Source: Novosphingobium sp. (GTDB taxonomy: Bacteria; Pseudomonadota; Alphaproteobacteria; Sphingomonadales; Sphingomonadaceae). From it: 64,000 nucleotides of DNA. The notes below the pieces were generated by a model that did no database searches, was not told where the DNA came from, and saw nothing but the letters and a program-made list of their open reading frames with translations. Both the position numbers and the translations under genes were made by a program. Position 1 is the first letter of the stretch. Each line of letters begins with the position of its first letter. The stretch covers positions 640 through 64,639 of the forward strand of contig JANPPM010000215.1 of assembly GCA_031428495.1 (NCBI GenBank), in the 5' to 3' direction. Shown here one piece after another: positions 59,495-64,000 of the stretch.

Positions 59495-60261
59495 GCGAGC
59501 CGACGGCTGAAACACACACGCCGCGCATCAACTGCGTGCTGGTATGCGGCGGCGTGTGGCACGATATGGACTTTGCCAGGCTGGAGCTGCTCAAGCTGCT
59601 GGCCGAAGACCCGCGCGTGCGTACCCGTGTTTTCGAAGATTACGAGAACACCGAGGCGCTGTGCGAAGCGGATATGCTGATCACCTATACCTGCGATATT
59701 ACGCCGTCTTTGAAAGCGCAGGAAGTGCTGCGCGACTGGTTGGCGCGGGGTGGCCGCTGGTATGCGCTGCATGGGACCAATTCCGTGCTTCGTCTTCTCG
59801 ATACCGGTCTTTGGGACGCACCGCGCTGGGCGCCGATGTTTATGGACTTGCTGGGCAGCCAGTTCATATCGCACCCGCCAATTGCCCCCTACACGGTGAC
59901 CGTGGCCGATCCCGACCATCCACTGGTCGCGGGCGTCGAAGCATTTGAAACCACCGACGAGCTATATCATCTGGAATGCCACGGCGATCTGCATGTGTTG
60001 CTGGAAACCGAATGCACGGAACCCGGCACCGGCTTTGTCGAGGCCGCGGATGCACCGGGCAAGCAGCCCGTGTTCTATATCAAAAATCAAGGCAAAGGTG
60101 CGGTACTTTATCTGACATTGGGCCATTGCAGGGGGCATTATGACCTTCAGCCCATGCTTGACTGGTGGCCCACGGTTGATCGCTGCGCTTGGGATCTTCC
60201 GGTGTTTTTCGGACTGCTGCGGCGCGGGATCGACTGGCTGAAGGCACGCGAAACCGCCTGA
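59491..60261 (+). CDS. ThuA-like domain protein
   Basis: GG.WHD, GG.W.ALH, F..HP, HPL..G...F.T.DELY, G.G.V.Y.TLGH; GTGA overlap with the Rieske gene. Confidence 0.8.
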   Translation: MSEPTAETHTPRINCVLVCGGVWHDMDFARLELLKLLAEDPRVRTRVFEDYENTEALCEADMLITYTCDITPSLKAQEVLRDWLARGGRWYALHGTNSVLRLLDTGLWDAPRWAPMFMDLLGSQFISHPPIAPYTVTVADPDHPLVAGVEAFETTDELYHLECHGDLHVLLETECTEPGTGFVEAADAPGKQPVFYIKNQGKGAVLYLTLGHCRGHYDLQPMLDWWPTVDRCAWDLPVFFGLLRRGIDWLKARETA

Positions 60262-60273
60262 CGACAGACCTTG

Positions 60274-61395
60274 TCAGGCCACCCCGGCAAACCGGTCCAG
60301 CGCGGCGTCGGCGTCGTCGGGCCAGCGTGACAGCACCAGCAGGCGTTTGTGCGCATGGGCGATAAACAGCTCGTCAGACACGCCCATGCCGCCGTGGAAC
60401 TGGATCATCTCGTGCCCCAGCGCCACCGATGCGGGCGCAAGGTAAGCGCGGAGGCCCAACACAGCCCGATCAAATGCCGCTGTCTCCCATGAAACCAAAG
60501 CCAGATTCATCAGCGCGCGCGCCTGTTCGATCGCGGCATATTGCGCCACCATCCTGTGCTGCAATGCCTGAAAACTCGAGAGCTTGCTGCCAAACTGTTC
60601 GCGCGTGCGCAGATATTCCTGCGTGTCGGCGAACATCTTCTCCATTACGCCCAGCGCCTCGGCGGAGCGAGCAAGGCTGGCAAGTATTTCAGCCTCTGCG
60701 ATCCGGGAAATTCCGTCTGTAATTGCAAATCCCGGCTCGCCCAGTACGTCGTCCAGCGTCAAGGTGACGGCAACGCTGCCATCAGCCAGGCGCCACGAAT
60801 CGCGCTGCACCCCCTTGGCACTGCTGGCCACAAGATAGAGGCTGACACCCTGTTCTCCTCCTGCCGACCCCGCAGTCCGCGCACTGACGATATAGCCATC
60901 AACATCACCGCCCGCCGGAACATAGGTTTTGTTGCCGGTCAGCCGTACCTGATCGTCATGCGTCACGGCTGTAGCTTCAATCCACAGCCGACCCGGACGG
61001 CCGCGCGCCTCGGCATGAGCGAGCGCGATTCGCGCCTTGCCGGATACGAGACGGGGCAACCATTCACTGCGCAATGGCTCTGCGGCAGTCGCCGCGAACA
61101 GGCGCGCTGCCAGCAGCACATTCTCGATCATGGGTTCTGTCACCAGCCCGCGCCCAAGTTCCTCAAACACGGTGGCGATGCCGGTTGCGTCAAGACCCAG
61201 CCCGCCGTCAGCTTCGGGCAGCATCGCTGCAATCAGGCCAAGCTCGCCCAGCAAAGCCCAATTATCAGCTGAAAAACCAGCACTGCCTGCTTGATAGCCC
61301 CGGCGGCGCTCGATGTCATAACGATCGCCGACGAAACGCTGCGTCAGCGCCTTGAGCATTTCCTCGTCTTCGGTCAGGTCGAAATTCACAAACAA
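60274..61395 (-). CDS. Acyl-CoA dehydrogenase family protein (PimD/ChsE-like partner-subunit type)
   Basis: F.LTEDEEML, ALAHAE, R.QFG..L.SFQALQH, IQFHGGMG. Confidence 0.88.
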   Translation of the reverse strand: MFVNFDLTEDEEMLKALTQRFVGDRYDIERRRGYQAGSAGFSADNWALLGELGLIAAMLPEADGGLGLDATGIATVFEELGRGLVTEPMIENVLLAARLFAATAAEPLRSEWLPRLVSGKARIALAHAEARGRPGRLWIEATAVTHDDQVRLTGNKTYVPAGGDVDGYIVSARTAGSAGGEQGVSLYLVASSAKGVQRDSWRLADGSVAVTLTLDDVLGEPGFAITDGISRIAEAEILASLARSAEALGVMEKMFADTQEYLRTREQFGSKLSSFQALQHRMVAQYAAIEQARALMNLALVSWETAAFDRAVLGLRAYLAPASVALGHEMIQFHGGMGVSDELFIAHAHKRLLVLSRWPDDADAALDRFAGVA

Positions 61396-61440
61396 TCCCT
61401 CTGTGCGGTAATTGTTCTATCACCTTCGAGAAGCGGACCA

Positions 61441-61460
61441 CGCTGGGCAAAAGGTTAGGG
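61441..61460 (-). promoter_or_regulatory. lux-box-like site CCCTAACCTTTTGCCCAGCG
   Basis: CCT-N9-CCCAG as in the 43891 and 48961 sites; lies between ACAD and luxR. Confidence 0.5.
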
Positions 61461-61496
61461 TCATAGCCTGCGCGGCGCGGCTAGGGAGCAAGGTGA

Positions 61497-62318
61497 TTGT
61501 ATAGAACAAAGGCTCGGGCTAGACTGCCCAAGGAGAGGAGAAAGCTGCTGCTGACTCAGGAAAAGATCGATTCCGTGAGGATCGCGACGCCGCAGGAAAT
61601 CCGGCGCGCGGCGACTGCATTGCACGAGATCGCCATGAGCTGCGGCATGCGGGCAGCCCCTGCGCATGACATCGCCGGCAAGCGCACCCCGGTTGACGCC
61701 GACGGCAACTTGCTGGCCTGCGAAGTATTCGGTTGGCCTGACAACGAACGGGTGTGGTGGCGCAATTCGCGCATTGCCCTCGATTCGCCGCTGACTTCGG
61801 CCTGTCGGTTTGAAAGCCAGCCATTCTGGGTAAACGCCGAAGGGTTCCACACCAGCCAGCCCAGCCCCTATCTAGCGTCAATCGCGCTGGGAAATTTTGA
61901 AACCCGCGCCATGACCCGGGCCTGCATTGCCGTGCCCGTTCACTTGCCATTCGGCCAGATCGGCGCCGTCAGCTTCAACCCGCTGGACCGCGACCACACC
62001 GACCTGACGGAAGATTTCCGCAAATATGGCGACGCGCTGGGCCTCTATGCCCGCACTTTCATTGCCAGCTATGTCCACATCATGGGAACGCTGCAGGCGC
62101 TGCCGCCGCAAACGCGCCTGTCCAAGCGTGAGGTCGAATGTCTGCGCTGGGCAGCGATCGGCAAGACCGATTTGGAAATCAGCATGATCATGTCCCGCAG
62201 CCGGGCCACGGTGCGTTTTCATATCCACAATGCCTCGGTCAAACTGAATGCGGTGAACCGCAGCCAGACCGTGTTCAAGGCGGCGCAGCTGGGCTTTATC
62301 ACGCTGGGTAATTCCTAG
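61497..62318 (+). CDS. LuxR-family regulator with autoinducer-binding-like domain (no luxI in window)
   Basis: C-terminal LSKREVECLRWAAIGKT..EI......ATVRFH..NA..KL HTH; N-terminal SPL...PFW, VPVH...G..GAVSF; the true start may be near 61545 after AGGAGAGG. Confidence 0.9.
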   Translation: MYRTKARARLPKERRKLLLTQEKIDSVRIATPQEIRRAATALHEIAMSCGMRAAPAHDIAGKRTPVDADGNLLACEVFGWPDNERVWWRNSRIALDSPLTSACRFESQPFWVNAEGFHTSQPSPYLASIALGNFETRAMTRACIAVPVHLPFGQIGAVSFNPLDRDHTDLTEDFRKYGDALGLYARTFIASYVHIMGTLQALPPQTRLSKREVECLRWAAIGKTDLEISMIMSRSRATVRFHIHNASVKLNAVNRSQTVFKAAQLGFITLGNS

Positions 62319-63937
62319 GCGGCTCTGTCTTCCAGGATCATCCGGGCACCGCGCAGGCCAATCGCCATCGCGGGCGCGTTGGTGTTTCCTGTCACATGGC
62401 CGGGGATCACCGAGCAATCGGCCAGGCGAAGCCCCTGCACCCCGTTCACCCGCAGTCTGGGATCAACCACAGCGTTGGTGTCGCTGCCCATTCGGCATGT
62501 CCGGATAGCATGCAAGCCGCAGCTGGACAGCCGACGAAACACGGCCAGCAAATCCTCGTCGCTCTGGACATCCGCTCCGGGCAGCATTTCTGCTCCAAGC
62601 ATGTCGCCCAGCGGCGGCGATGCCATGTAGGCCCGCATCGCGCGCATCAATTGTACTGCCGATTGCCGGTCGTGCTCGGTGCTCAGCCAGTTGGGCAAGA
62701 TTGTTGGCGCCGCGCTGCTGCCGGGCCCGCTGACCCGCAGCGAGCCTTCGCTGGTCAGACGCAGCAACTGGCCATAGATCGTCACGCCGGGGCGCGGATC
62801 AATCTTGTCGAGCGGCACCGGATTGTTATCGTCGCCCACGGCAAAGGTATAACCGCCCAGATAGAACTGCGCGTCCGTTCGTCCATCAGGATGGGCCACA
62901 TTAAGGAACGCCCCCACTTCGAACGGCCCGGTGGCCATGATGCCATCACGGCGCAGCAAATAGCGCGCCATCGCCAGCACCGCTCCCACACCGTAAAAGT
63001 TGCGATGCGTGCCGATCCCCTTTTCCAGCCGATAGGGCATGGAAATCGACAGATGTTCGATCATCCGCTCACCCACCTCGGGCGAATGGGCGACAACATC
63101 AATCCCCACCGCCATCAGCCGCTCCCCATCGCCAATGCCTGACCGTTGCAGCAGCAAGGGGCTTTCCATCGCGCCCGCCGAAACGATGATTTCTCCCCGG
63201 CAATCAAAACAGCGCGGCTGCCCGTTCACTAAGGCCTCAACGGCAACTGCTCGGGTTCCTTCGAAGACGATACGCTCGGCCAGTGCGCCGGTGATGACCT
63301 GCACATTCGCCCGCTTGCGCGCCGGAGCCAGAAATGTACGCGCCGCACTTTCGCGCCGCCCGTTCCGGATGTTGTGGCTGTACAGGCCAACGCGCGGACC
63401 CGGCTGGCTGTTGAGATCATCGACCCGGCTCAGCCCCATGGCCTCGCCTGCCTCGATCATGCGGTCGGCCAGCGGATAGCGGTAGATCGCCGGATCAACC
63501 CGCACGCGCCCGCCACTGCCGCGCGTTGGGCTACTGCCGGCTACATGGTCTTCCAACTCGAGGAATGCCTCGGTCATTGCCGCACCGTTCCAGCCGGTTG
63601 CGCCCATGGCTTCCCATGCATCATAGTCCGCCCGCTCTCCACGGCTCCAGATCATCCCGTTGATCGACGATGATCCCCCCAGCCCCTTTCCGCGAATCCA
63701 GAATTCGTTGGCAGCGGCGCCCTCTTCGCGCGGCTGGGTCACGGCATAGGTCCACATATGTTCGGGCTTGGTCACCAGCTTGGCGACGCCTTTGGGCAAG
63801 GTCACCCAGAAGCTGTCATTCTCGCCGCCAGCTTCGAGCACCAGCACGCGTGAACGTCCATCGGCGCTCAGCTGCTCAGCCATGACGCAGCCGGTCGATC
63901 CCGCACCGACGACAATGTAATCCCACGCCTCAGTCAT
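62315..63937 (-). CDS. GMC oxidoreductase (choline-dehydrogenase-like)
   Basis: DYIVVGAGS.G, RGKGLGGSSSING, SP.LLQRSGIG, H...TCRMG, GNTNAP. Confidence 0.93.
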   Translation of the reverse strand: MTEAWDYIVVGAGSTGCVMAEQLSADGRSRVLVLEAGGENDSFWVTLPKGVAKLVTKPEHMWTYAVTQPREEGAAANEFWIRGKGLGGSSSINGMIWSRGERADYDAWEAMGATGWNGAAMTEAFLELEDHVAGSSPTRGSGGRVRVDPAIYRYPLADRMIEAGEAMGLSRVDDLNSQPGPRVGLYSHNIRNGRRESAARTFLAPARKRANVQVITGALAERIVFEGTRAVAVEALVNGQPRCFDCRGEIIVSAGAMESPLLLQRSGIGDGERLMAVGIDVVAHSPEVGERMIEHLSISMPYRLEKGIGTHRNFYGVGAVLAMARYLLRRDGIMATGPFEVGAFLNVAHPDGRTDAQFYLGGYTFAVGDDNNPVPLDKIDPRPGVTIYGQLLRLTSEGSLRVSGPGSSAAPTILPNWLSTEHDRQSAVQLMRAMRAYMASPPLGDMLGAEMLPGADVQSDEDLLAVFRRLSSCGLHAIRTCRMGSDTNAVVDPRLRVNGVQGLRLADCSVIPGHVTGNTNAPAMAIGLRGARMILEDRAA

Positions 63938-64000
63938 GATGCAACCTCCGCCCTCAGGGTGTCACAGCCTAACGCTTTCACCACCCTAGCGTTTTGATGA

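Noticed and set aside
1-64000. Transposases, integrases, phage or defence genes, rRNA
   Set aside because: No ORF with recognisable motifs for these was found.

Overview
GC-rich alphaproteobacterial DNA; gene content and protein style suggest Sphingomonadaceae (inference). Three blocks. (1) 78-4492: arylsulfatase, SDR and a DapB-like dehydrogenase. (2) About 4.5-38.6 kb: a self-contained Wzx/Wzy-type exopolysaccharide cluster. It has manA, manC, galU, pgm/pmm, galE, glf, a priming transferase, flippase, Wzc, Wzy, several glycosyltransferases, four acyltransferases, a short OPX plus an outer-membrane beta-barrel, a SleB-type cell-wall hydrolase, and a type I secretion pair next to a glycosidase-like protein with three repeated CBM-like domains. 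Most of its promoter regions carry a TGCRNYGCASMA (PhaR-like) box. It ends at a tRNA-3'-end-like scar beside two decayed gene remnants. (3) 39.2-64 kb: a catabolic cluster, possibly for a steroid- or terpenoid-like compound, with a TonB receptor, three Rieske oxygenase alpha subunits, a KstD-like flavoprotein, CoA ligase, ACAD, many SDRs and a GMC oxidoreductase. It also has a LuxR regulator with no luxI in the window and a non-canonical ligand pocket. Five 20-bp lux-box-like sites lie in promoters of this block, which is the best candidate for an undescribed system. All calls come from reading motifs by eye; no database searches were run.
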